A stretch of 64,000 nt of DNA from Mobula hypostoma (lineage: Eukaryota), in contig NC_086107.1 of the NCBI RefSeq assembly GCF_963921235.1, positions 104,842,001-104,906,000 of the forward strand, in the 5' to 3' direction. The position numbers were made by a program, and so were the translations under genes. Below, piece by piece: positions 12,587 to 24,979 of the stretch. The notes under the pieces were generated by a model. The model was not told the DNA's origin and did not search any database. It saw only the letters and a program-made list of their open reading frames with translations. Numbering within the stretch: position 1 is the stretch's first letter; every line of letters begins with the position of its first letter.

Positions 12587-14832
12587 GTAAGCACTATTTT
12601 AAAAACATTTCTGTGGTAACTCTTAATACCTAGAACAGCTAAAGAAGCAATTAAACTTTGTGGCAGTTTTAAAGCCATTTCCAATTAGTGGCATTTTCCA
12701 AAACTGTTCCTCTTTCACTGATCAGCTTGACAGTAGAACTGCATCTACTGTGCCTGTCATCATAGTCTTAAATTACATATTCATGAAGTTAGTATTGTTA
12801 CTTATTCCTATATCTGTCCTTTATCAGTTACATTTCACTGAAACCAATTAAAGACCCAGAACTGTAGTTGCTTATCGAGACTTGCACCAGGTTGTCTTTA
12901 CCAATTATATAGTTAATTATGTAGTCAAGTCTTAGTTTGCTTGTGACAGTACTTGATGCTTAGAATCATTTTGTTGATACTGTCTGTTCACTGAATCAAA
13001 TCAATTTCTGGTTGATAGTGAATTAATTTGGAAAATGGTGCTTGGCTGGAAATGGTTGCTAGTCATAAAGCTATTCAGCTTAAAAAAAATTTTAGAAATT
13101 ATTTTTTGATCTTTGTCCACTGCTACAATCCTTCCCTTAAAATAATAGTTTATCATAATATTCATAGATATTAACTGTTATGGAGTTGAATTCATTCATC
13201 TCTCTTCATCCTTCCTTTTCAGATTGCTTATTTTTAAATTGTATGCCACTACAATGTAGTAGGAGTGTTGTAATTCCTAGTGTTCTCCAGTTTATCTGGA
13301 AGCAGTTCTTAAAAGCAATTTTCAAGGTAAATGATCTTTGTTTGTTCTTTCGAGAACTAGCCAACTCTGAGTCATCATTAAAGACTTTCTAACTCCAAAG
13401 TAGTTTTAAGATGGTGAAAATCATCTAACCCCTTCAGCCTTTGTACTTTGAGGCAGCAAGTATTCTGTATTGTACTTTCCATTAAGATCTATTTTAATTT
13501 CATAGAAGAGCTCCTGTGATCTCTGCAACCCTGAATTTATGGCTGCAACACCAGAGATGAGGGTCACTGGGGTGGGCTACTGCCCACAAAATAAAGTTGA
13601 AGATTCATTTAGTTCTCTTTCCCTTGCTTATAGTTGATCTGACTAATCAAAACAAAAAGGTATTAACCTCCAGCCTAATTAATGGATTCATAAAAACTGC
13701 AATTAATGCTGATTTCTCACATTTATTTTAGGGACAGTTTCAGAGTTTTGGCAGCAGTCCTGCAACAACTGCAGATGCAGCAAATCATATACTTGTAAAG
13801 TCACCTTTCTAACCTTGTGTTTCTATTCATGGATCTTCGTTGGTGTCAAGGGAAATACCGTATCAGTCAGCAACATGATAACCAGCTCAGCATCAACTTC
13901 CCAGCTTGCCTTGGTGCTCACAGGCCTACTGAGGGCAATATTAAATTGAGTCATACAGTTGTAATCTATATTCAAGATTCAAAGTACATTATCAAAAAAT
14001 AATAGATCAGCTATATCTCAGCAAAATCAAAAGTAAAGCAAAACATCCTTGATCTTCTGTGATAAAACCCCAGCTCCATTTTCAGGCTGCTGCAGAAAGG
14101 AGACAATTAATATTTAAACAACAAAATTTATACCCACAGAATATCTCACTTTTTAACTTGTGACCTCCAGCCTTTAGACACCTATATGGATAATTGTTGT
14201 TACCTCAGAACCCCTCACTCCCCTTATAATAAACTAAACATTGACAGGGAAAGATTAAGATGGCAGAGAGTGGTGGAGTGACAAAAACCTGGTCAGATGC
14301 CATGAAATTTGAGTTTTGCTGCAATGTACAGTGCAAGATATAAAAATTACTAAAACTTATTAAAATCAATAGTACAAGGAGGCAGTGTCATGAACTGTTC
14401 ACAAATCTGATGGCAGAGGGGAGATAACTGCTCTTAAAACGTTGAATACAGGTCTTAAGACTTCTAAATGCCAACAGTATGTTCATACCAGTTTGACTTA
14501 AATTAATGTGCTGCTGAACATTGAGTACAGGTAGTACAGTATTCCAGCAAAGACAACAGTTTCATTGGGAAAGTGAACTGGAAGGCTATTTAATGTATTT
14601 ATGTAGTTGGGAAATGGGAGCTAAATGTTTCTTGATTATTAATAATTTCCATTGCAGAAATGCAAAGGTTTGGGATGGAGAGAGATGACTGATTGTAATA
14701 TTATGTATGATATGCAAATCATGATTAACAATTATGAAAACGTTATGTTGCAGCATTATATAAGATTTTAAAGAGGGGATCTTCCTTTTCCTTGTCCTTT
14801 ACAGCAAGTTTGATATTTCACATAAACCAATA

Positions 14833-15003
14833 AAAAGATGCAGGTGCTGACAACGAAAAAGGAACATTGGAAATACACAACAGGTCAGGTGGCATTTAGA
14901 GTGAAAAAAGCAGTATTTCTGGTTGATGAGCTTTCATCAGAACCAGTTTCACTCCCCACAGATGTTGCTGACCTGCTGTGTATTTGCAATATATTCTGTT
15001 TTT
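14833..15003. mobile_element. Old fold-back copy of a Penelope-type terminal repeat
   Basis: Arms aaatacacaacaggtcag / ctgacctgctgtgtattt surround a central palindrome ctggttgatga-gctt-tcatcagaaccag. Confidence 0.55.
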
Positions 15004-18000
15004 ATATCTTAACTATTTCATCGGTAATTCAGAGATTTGGAAATATCCAGCAAATGGCTCAATGTTGGATTCTTATCTGTCTTTTCCTATCTATGCTGCT
15101 AGAATCTTTGTGAACTACCTATTATTGCAGTCAAAAGTTGAAATTGCCCACATCGCCATTTAGCCACAGGAGTAAAACTTACAAAAGCTAGATCATGAAA
15201 TTTATAGTGGAAGTTTAAACAAGTAGCTACAGACACCCATCTTTTTTTTCTTTGGTGACTTTGTCTTTTTCTTCATCTGTGTGACATGGTACAGAGATTG
15301 TCACAGCTCTGTGATAGTTGATACTATTTATTGCAGAGCATTCTGTTCTACACAGCCTAGGAGCCATAGACCTCTGAGTTGTAATGGTGCTAAGTGGGTA
15401 CCATAGTTCTGAATGCAGAAAGTTATTTGTGAACTGCTCTTCTTCCCAATTTTCATATTGCATTCTGATCTCATTTAAGGTATAATAATCACTTTTGCAT
15501 CTACTTTTGATTTCAGGTGCCTGTACAGGTCATAAAAATAGTCTAATGGAATATCACCTCTTTAAAGCTACATTAATTTGAAATATATTTTAAGATGATT
15601 TAAGTTTTTTTTCTTTTTCTGGCATTATGGTGGGTGGGGGTTGTGTCTAACAGCAAAGGAGTCAGAATGTGATCTGATTGGTTATGTTTGTGTTTTTCCA
15701 GAAATACAGGGGACCAATCGCCACAAAGTATTCTGATGTTTTATATGATTAACTATCTCACTAAAACCACTTCATGCTTAAAAATGGTTAGGAAAAATAA
15801 GATTTTTTTATTCCTTTGATTTTATGACTAATGAAGCAACATTTTTAATACCAAGATAATATTTCTGGTGATGGACTTAGCCAGAATCCTTTCATCCCCA
15901 CACCTTTTGCTTATATTTGTCAATTTCACAGCTGTCTTTGCATAGTTGCTATTCTGTACAATGGGTCCTCAGAGTCGGCCACAGATATCCAGTTTACGGA
16001 GACACACCCTACATTGGTGTACTTGCTGTGTATGGTATCTGCAGGACCACTGCTAACCATGTCCAAACTGCTCTGATTGGGAGAAATCAGAATGAACTGA
16101 TGATGAGGAGTGGCTTGCAAGAATGCTCAGGAATCTTTAGTCAGGATACAAACCATTGATAAAATGGGCACCACAGTGACATTTAAGCAATCAGTCCATT
16201 ACTTGAAATGGTAGATATCTGTAAATTAGTGGAAATTAATTTTCATTGTGCTGCTGGGGTATGCAGTATTTGTTAGTTAACTTACTTTACCCTTGAAGTT
16301 GTTAATATTTTGTTTCATGCAACTTTCACATAGCTTTTTCAAAGTACTTTTAACTCCTGCTTAAGCATAGAAAATGAGTACAGGCAAGTTATTCAGCTTA
16401 ACTATACTAGCCTTCACCTGCTTTCATTTGCTATTTTTTTTTACCATCTGTAAGTAATTGTGGCATTCATTCATGAAAACTCAAATCTCTAGTTCCTGTT
16501 GATTCTAACTGAAGGCACTGCCTTAAAGTCTAAAAGATCTCATGTCATAGTTAGAACTATTCCATTTCAGTTCATCTCAATCAGTGGTGTAAGTACTACC
16601 CCATCAATTATAGAGCTGGTTTCCTGACTGATGTCATATGATAATTGTATGGACACTTGATGAAAACAGGTTTGGACTTGGCTATAATGTTTGTCCTTAC
16701 ATAACCAGCAGAACTGATTGCCAGGGCTTATGCACATATAAGACGCATTAGATTGCATTCGGCCCCCCATAAGCATTTTCATAGAAAATTTGGATTAATG
16801 AATGAAATTTGAATATATGACTAATTAAACTGTAAGATGCATCACAATTCTGGTGTCCTTCCATGATCATAATTGAGCTAAAGCTTAGGCATTTGCCAAA
16901 AAGTCGGATAATTTCAGCAAGCAGCATAATGTTTGTAATGTGAACAGAGGCCTCTGACTTACATTTCTATTAATTATAAACAGATCCTTGTACTGTGGTA
17001 TTTGTAATTTGTTCCTTAGAAAATCACATTGATTTTGTGTTAACTTTATAATGGTAACTTATCAATGTCAAATGCTGAACTAAACATTTTTTAATTTAAC
17101 CTAGTCTAGCTTAGACTCTGAGCTGAAATATAAGTCACACTTTAAAACACGCATCACAGTTAACTATGATTAGACCAGCACAATTTCTGTTCACTGAAGG
17201 GGTCTGTTTCATTTGAATCCTGGTGAGATGGATGACATGGAGCAGCTTGTAGTCTGATTCTCATTGCTCCTGTTGGTGGTAGTTGGTAGCATCACCCGTG
17301 GGATCATGTAGGGGATCTGATTCTTGCAAAAAGCTTCACGTCATTTTTAGTTGATGAATAAGGTTTTAGATTTTAAAAATCCTCTATCTAACGCAGCATG
17401 AAAACAACTACCCTCGACCAATCACTTTAAGCATGATTGTTTTTGCTGCTGAAACTGTGTTATTATGTGCACTGTGGTATATTGGGGATATGGTGCATGT
17501 ATTCTTATGGGTTAAATTGTGTTTTCTGTCTATGAACACACAGGAGTATTGCCTTTTTTGATTTCTCGTTTTTTATATTTGTATCTAGTAACATTTATTT
17601 ATCATTCTTCTGCAGGGGTTGTTGATCTACTTTTTTGACACTGCTCATCTGTGCTTGTATTTATTGCAGTTCTGAGGCCAGGTTAAAACAACAAGTTACT
17701 TGGGCTATCTCCATCTCACCTTCCCTTCCTATATTTTTTATCATTAATATTTTGAAGCTGATGATAAAATTCTTTACATCACTCTTCAAGTACCATAGGC
17801 TTCCATATACACATGTCCAAATATAGTGAGCAAACTTGCATATGTGCTATATGCCCAACTAGGGACCAATGACTATAGAAAAAGTGGGAACAGACTAGGT
17901 TGAATATCTGTACTCTGTGCTAAATAGGTGTTTCTAAGAGCTAGTGTGCAATAAAAGTGGTGTTGATTTTTGTGGTAGGAGAAAGGAAATCTTTACTGAG

Positions 18001-19849
18001 TTGACCTTTCATGGGTATAGAACATTCTAAGTTAGTAAATAACAATTTTTGGAGTTTCAAGAGCCATTAGCTTTTGCTTTTTCTCAGTTCATGCTCTCAT
18101 TCTACAGATGGGGGAATTATAACTGCTTACACAAAATTTGGGAAGCTAGATTCATTCAATATCTATTTCATCCTTGGGAGTTTCACAGTATCTCATAGGC
18201 AGTGAGCTCTTTTGCATGCTCTTCACTCCTATGTGGGCAATCCGCAGTGATTCTATACACAGGAGAACCCAATTAACATCAATGTTATAAGTTGTTAATT
18301 TCTGTGGCAATGTTTTTGGAGGAATGTATGTCAACAGGAGATCAGGAGAACGCTTTTGTTTTTCAGGTAATATCAGACGGAAGTACAGAGGTTTGCTTAA
18401 TGTTACTTTTGAGAGATGGCAGCTTTGAACAAGCACAATTGCATAGTACTGCATGGAAGTTGATCAATTTATATAACCTAGATTTTCAGGCCTTCTGATC
18501 CTGCTATTGAGCTATTCTGAGGTGTAGTACAAAATAAATTTTGCAGATTTATCGTAGCAATATTCTCTAAGGCGTATATCAGTTGTGGGTCACACATTAG
18601 GAGGAAGCTGTCAGTACTTGTGGGAGATTTTTCTGTTTTTTTTTAAAGAAGAGACTTGGCATACCAGAGCAAAATTGGAAAAGAAAAATAAAATGGAAAA
18701 AGTAATAATTGGAATTGTTCAGGAATGTGGCACAGAGGAAATTGCAGAGGTGGGAAAGAATTTTAAGGCACAGATATTGGTTTTGGTATTTTTGTACACA
18801 ATGATAGGGAGTCACTGAAGGCAATGTTGAGATGAGGGATTGGTTGTGATAATATAACAGACTTTTAATTTAAATGATTAACATTTTCCTATTTCCCATT
18901 AATTTCTGACATTACCAGATCTTGACCTGCTTTTCCGCAGTCATTCTCAGCCACATTTGTTGAAACTTTTATCATAGTTTTATTATATCAGTGTTTGCAC
19001 TTAAGAGTGGTTTTCAAAATTTATCAGTTTTAATGTAATGTAAAAACTCTGCAACAGGAAGATGGCTTAATTGGTATAATCACTCATTCCTTATGTACCC
19101 TTCACAGTAGGAGACATTATCATTATTTCGCTCCTACCCACGTTCTACTCAGCCAAAGTAAAGCCAATTGTGTAAATCTAATTAAGCCTTGGTAACCAGC
19201 AAGATTTAAAAAATCAGTAATGCATAATGCGTAGGAATGGATAGGTGTAACGGAATATGGTGATTATTTACAAAACAATATTTGTGAACTGCACTTCGTT
19301 TTTAAATTGTTTCTTAAATTCTGAATACTCTGAGAATTGATTGGCATGTTGCTATCAATCTAGAAATACAATCTGAACATTTTCACTAAAATAGATAAGA
19401 TATTCCCTGTAGATAAGAAATAGTTAAATGTCACTACATAGTTATCTTTAGTTGCATTATATTTTTAACTAGCTCTCATTAAAAGGACAAGTGTTTTATT
19501 TAATTGTTTTTGGTAAATTATAACATTTATTAGTGAAGAATTCCATTTTGAAGTAGTTTTCAATGTTTCTTTAGATGAGATTTGTTTCATTAGACATTCA
19601 TGTTAGATGCTAAGTAAGACTACTAATATACAATTGAAAAGTGCACCTCTCTTCCAATATGGCATCCAAGTACTCAAGCTTCAGTGTTTAGCTTGAGAAG
19701 AACAGCCAGTAATGCTCCATTTTAACTTTTTCATTTCCTTTACTCAGCATTCTTATGACCTCTGAGTAAGATTGCTATTTAGTGCTGAATTACATTTCAT
19801 TTACTTTGTCGACTAGTGTCTATTAGGAGCTAGTGTACAACTGCCAAAA

Positions 19850-19965
19850 TTAATTCCTGTTGGGGCCGTTATAACTGTGAGTGGAGACTTCCATGCCATC
19901 TGTCTCTGCTGGCTTGAACCCAGATTTCAGAGGTGAAAAGGACAGTGTTCTGACTGTGCCACCCA
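19850..19965 (-). mobile_element. Ancient tRNA-derived SINE head (LF-SINE-like)
   Basis: The minus strand reads GGGTGGCACAGTC (A-box like)...CTTTTCACCTCTGAAATCTGGGTTCAAGCC (B-box like). Confidence 0.4.
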
Positions 19966-21474
19966 TTTCCCAAAACAGCAACTTCTTTCAAAGCAAGCCT
20001 ACATAACATTGAATTGCATTTTATTGGACCATTCCCTGTTTAAAATATGCTGTGGTTTAGAAAACTCATGAATTGAGTGGTATTAAAAGTTGACCGGTAT
20101 TTATTAGAATAGTTTGGGTAGAACAACTTCCATGTATCCTTGGGTTTATACTAAATTGTCAAAGCCTAAATATTTCCTGGCTCTGCTGGCAAACATATAA
20201 AAGCATTTGCCCACTGATTACATCATTATCTGTATGGCCTGCTCCTTTCACACCATCAACACTTGCATTTCTTTAAAGAAAAATGTCCTAGGCTATCTCT
20301 CACTTGGTCCATAAGCTGAAAATTTACTGCAGAAGATTATATATTTTGAAGGCTTTTGTAGTTGGATTATTTTTTTTTATCCTCTGTGTGGCTTAGAGAG
20401 TTCTAGCTTTGATGTGATCAGCTGATTTTCCATCGGCTCCTTTCGCAGTATGGTGTGTGGCAGCTCAAATTCATCTCTCACGAACACACATTTAAATTTA
20501 ATTGATACCAGTCTTCCAGGGATCAACCGACATGAAAATAGGAAAATGGTAGAAGCCGGAAGGCAAGGAGAGCTGCGTTTTGTCAACCTGCATTTCAGAA
20601 TCAGATCAGAACAACTGTTAAGTCAACTTGATTTCTATCATTATTAGAATTATATTTTCAGAAAAACAAATCTGTGTTTGGAGTACTTACAAAGCTTTAC
20701 CCTTCAATTTGTCTCCCATATTTCCTGTATGGCAGACTCTAGTCAATATGTAGTTCTACAAATTCTGGTAACTCTGGCATTTCTCCAAGGGATAGGGATA
20801 TTAACCACTCCTGCTATATCTGATGCGGTCTTCATTAATTAGATTTTTTGGCAGAGGTCAGTGGAGAGCCATCAGCAGCAGCATACTATCTGATTTTCCA
20901 GACCCCCTACCCACCCATTATCGTCACCTAGCAGACTTTTGAACTAAAGAATTTGCCCACCCATAATACATCATGATATTGGGTGTAGTTAAACAGTGCT
21001 GTGGTGGCACTGCTGACATATAATATCTAGGGTGAAACAGGAAATAACAGCCAAATAAACCTGTTATTCTAGATGCTACAGCTCGTAAATCTGATTTTTG
21101 CAGAATAAAATCTCATGAACTGGACAGTAGTAGTTGGTGTTTTTATTAGCTATGTAAAATATGTGCTTTGGGGCTCACCTACTAGAACGATCACTGAAAT
21201 GGCTAATCGGCATAAATACTAATTATAGATAATGCACAAGAACACCTTTTTTAAAAAAAATAAATTTGAATATGCGTACTACTGACCTCTGGTGTGCTCA
21301 CTAAAGTTCTATATCCTGTTCTTTGCCGCTTTATCCATCACTCTCCTTTTCCCACAAAAAGCTGTCCCAATCTCCCAATTACTAATGAGCAGCCCAAGTA
21401 ATGAGTACGGTTTTGCTTGGCCTCGTCGCTTACCTTTTTTTTTTAAAAAATTTTTTTTAATTTTCCAAGAAACA

Positions 21475-21678
21475 TGCATGAGGATGAGAGAGAAGAGTAT
21501 TGCTGATTGTGGTCATGTACTTGTTCTATTTATAATGATGTGCATGTTGTTCTCCCCCCCTTCTCCCGCCGCATGCAGGGATTCGGGTTCGTAACTTTCG
21601 AATCTAGTGCTGATGCCGACAGGGCGAGGGAGAAATTACACGGCACGGTGGTTGAGGGCCGTAAAATAGAGGTGCATG
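21475..21678 (+). promoter_or_regulatory. Cluster of RBFOX binding elements (U)GCAUG around the 93-nt exon (autoregulatory splicing silencer)
   Basis: TGCATG at 21475-21480 and 21541-21546, GCATG at 21571-21575 abutting the 3' splice site, and TGCATG at 21673-21678 overlapping the 5' splice site. Confidence 0.88.
21579..21671 (+). CDS. RBFOX2: RBFOX2-like 93-nt RRM exon ([31 protein letters not shown]; RNP1), alternatively skipped in the family
   Basis: gcatgcag|GGA...GAG|gtgcatg. 93 nt, in frame. The peptide is visible in ORF 21507..21827. Confidence 0.97.
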
Positions 21679-22519
21679 TCTTAAAAAAAATTGTTTCCTT
21701 CTATACATTTACTTTAAATGTCTTGCCTCACTTTTTATTTTATACACTGGTTGTTCGATGGTCATCTTATGTGCGTCATTGTTCTAACTCCTCCTTTACC
21801 CTTCAATCTCTTTTTTGCACTCATTAATTTACACAGTAATTCTTCCTGCCTTGCTGACCAGATTATGTTTGTTTTTATTTGGCCTCCGTTGTGCAAGGCT
21901 CTTTTCTGTTCTGTTTTTGCAATGAGAATGTCCAGTTTTACCTCCGTGTCTTTCAAAGCAGGGTGCAAATAGGTTCCCTTGGTTTTAAGAGGTAAAAACT
22001 ACCGAAACACAAAATGAAATGAGTCAGTTTTCTCCAATGCAGTGCTGAGGGTGAATCCATTAGTGGAGTTGGCCTCTCCTTTTATAAACAAGAGGTGGAG
22101 TGGAGCTTCTTTGGACAGCTTTTCCAAGCAGCCGCAGGTGGCCTTAGATCAGTGTTCTGAACAACTTGGAATGTGAATCATAAAATATGAAAGAATGAAT
22201 ATTAAAACAAAGTAAGTTATTCTTTCTCTATTTTTTTAAAAAGAGAAAGTACCCACTGTTTCCTTGCCTCTGGCCTATTAAGAGCCAGTTAAATCTGCAG
22301 ACAGCTTGGAGTATCTTTGTCCAAAGAGGATCTGAAGCCTGATTAATGTTTCATAATTTTGGATAGAATTTTCTTAATTTCCAAAGAACTTTAGGTCTCA
22401 GATTTCCTCCTCAGCTCTGCCTTGTATGCAGACTGGTCTTTATGAATTATTTAAAGCCTTTTGAGTAAGATGTTTGCATATTTTGCTTTTTTTTTATATT
22501 TCCCTCCTCGATGATGTAG

Positions 22520-22589
22520 CGTTTAGGGCCCTTCACTTGAGTCACAGTAACCATGGTAACTATACATGCTGGCGATGGTACGCAAGGGG
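22520..22589 (+). other. Candidate poison (PTC-containing) exon downstream of the 93-nt exon
   Basis: U-rich tract 22481-22509, acceptor tag at 22517-22519 (alternative at 22524-22526), donor GGG|gtaagt at 22590. In-frame TGA at 22538 (or TAA at 22548). Confidence 0.55.
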
Positions 22590-24526
22590 GTAAGTGAACC
22601 AAAAAGGAAAACAAAACAAACGAACACAAACAAAAAGGAAACCCATCTGCCATTTCACGTTTAACGCTACGAATGTGACTTGACTTGTCGTTTTCCCCTT
22701 TTCCAATGCTGTTTTTTGGTGCCGCCTGTACTGGATTGTACATTTTTTTATTTTTTTTTAAGCAGCCTGAGCTATATTTAGTGGTTGATTGATGGTGACT
22801 CCTCCACATCTTACTCAGAGTTTTAACTACGGTTTTGCTGATTAATGCACCCTTTCTTTGTGTTTGTTTGTCCTTGTTCCCTCTCTCTCCCTTTCCTTGT
22901 ATGTCACGCCTGTGAATGGTTACTCTGTTTCTCTGGGATTGTGCCTCCTTCTCTATTGGCTCAATGTGTGGCTTCTCCAATGGTTCTTGGCCCTTGGTGC
23001 TCATGTTGCACACTGCTGGAAAACTGACTTTTGCCCTCACCTAATGTTTAAACCCCATCACTACTATACTTTTAATTTAAGGTTTTTGTTGGCATGTTCC
23101 TTCTTTCATTGTTTTGTCCCATGGTTTTTAGATCTGTTTGTGTGTGGCCAAACAAAGGTAAACCTAGTATTTCTCAGGCTAATAACTGTGTAGACCTTTG
23201 ATGAATGAGAGTGTATTTTGCGGTGTTCTGATTGGTCCCTGATCAACGATCACCCATTGACACTGACTTTTAATATAAAATTTAACTAATCGATTTTTCT
23301 TCCAAATAACATTTTTATTCCGAATTAAATAAAGATGAAATTTGGGAAATGACAATATTTCTTTGTTAAAAATATTCTTTAAATGGGATTCCATTGCCTT
23401 GATTTATTTTTTAATCTTCTCCTGCAGGTGCTGATACGTGCTAGCTTATGATTCTGTTGCCACCACCTGCTCTCTGGTACATAAGTCCTCCCCACAAGTG
23501 GCACTGCTTACTTGTGAGGCTAGCAAGCAAGTGTCATCAGGCTGTTCAGTTTTGAAGGAACATCACAGTTAAGGCTGATCTTCTTGTCACCTAGCATGCT
23601 AATGCCAGCAGAAGTTAGTTACTGGATCTTTGTTCATTTGCCCTAATACATGGCTCACTGACAGATTTTGCCACTGCTATGAAGTGCCTTTGAACGTTTT
23701 GCTCTGTTAAAGGTGCTCTGTTACAGCTGTTGTTTAGGATAGCAAATTTGAGAAATATTGGTTGATTTAAATGCCTTCCCTTTTAACCTTTATGACCTGA
23801 CTAAAGCACTGTTGCCATCACCCTGGCTTAAATTGACATTCCCTGCCCCCGGGATTGAGCATGTTCCCTCCCTGCTCATCTAGGGCTGTTTTCTGTTTAC
23901 CCATTGAATCAATTGGTATGCCTGTTACTCAATCTTAAATAACTAAATGTTAGCAATAACTATAACTGGGTCTCAAAGCAGCAAAGATGGGATGATATAA
24001 AAGGGTTCTTTAAAAAGCTTTACTGCTATTGAGGGACAAGAGAGAGTCCTGACTCTAATGGAAAAGGAAAGCAAAAACTTGATCAAAATTATTGATCAGA
24101 AATTATTTTTTAAAATAGAATGCAGCAAATGCTCAGCAGGTCGGTCAAGCTGTTGGGAAAGAGGTGGAGTTAACGTTGATACAGTTGTATCAGAAACTGG
24201 CTTAATTCCTACCTGAAATAGGGCAAAGGTAACATCGGAATGAAGATGCTAAACTAGACGGGAGGGGTAAGGCGGAGGGTGAATTTAGAAATGATTTAGC
24301 AAAAGTGGACTGTGAAACAGCTACTTAAAGGTAAACTAATATGAGTAGTGTGACGCATTTAGGAAGGAGATTCAGGGTTTGCAATTTAATGTATTTTCAC
24401 AAAGGAAAAGTATGAGACTGCCAAATCTAGATTTAAACTAGTTGATGCAGAACTGGGATCTGGAACTCACGGTCAGAAAGAATGAAAGAGGCATCACATT
24501 TGAAAAGTGTTTGTGTTCTTCCAGCA

Positions 24527-24621
24527 ACACACATCAAAGTTGCTGGTGAATGCAGCAGGCCAGGCAGCATCTCTAGGAAGAGGTACAGTTGACGTTTCGG
24601 GCCGAGATCCTTCGTCAGGAC
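24527..24621 (-). mobile_element. Short Penelope terminal-repeat insert with hammerhead motif
   Basis: Minus strand AGTC-CTGACGA-AGGATCTCGGCCC-GAAACGTC-AACT. Flanked by TCCAGCA at 24520-24526 and 24622-24628. Confidence 0.75.
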
Positions 24622-24787
24622 TCCAGCACCTGGTTGTATACCAGATGTGGTAAATAGATATAGGTTGGGCCCCTCTTTTTCACCCTTCAAGATTAGGCCA
24701 AATGTTCTTCTTCTGAATCATATGTTTTTCTGTAATCTCAGTATATCTGGACTTGAGAAATATGAAACCATTTTACACTGATAAATG

Positions 24788-24979
24788 CAAACAACAGGAA
24801 TTCTGCAGATGCTGGAAATTCAAGCAACATACATCAAAGTTGCTGGTGAACGCAGCAGGCCAGGCAGCATCTATAGGAAGAGGTGCAGTCGAAGGGTCTC
24901 GGCCTGAAACGTCGACTGCGCCTCTTCCTATAGATGCTGCCTGGCCTGCTGCGTTCACCAGCAACTTTGATGTATGTTG
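24788..24979. mobile_element. 192-bp fold-back Penelope-derived insert with 15-bp TSD
   Basis: TSD TTACACTGATAAATG at 24773-24787 and 24980-24994. 68-bp inverted arms at 24825-24892 and 24912-24979. Confidence 0.9.

Noticed and set aside
22447-23040. 197-aa minus-strand ORF
   Set aside because: The Lys-rich translation is the antisense of U-rich intronic regulatory sequence. No domain similarity.
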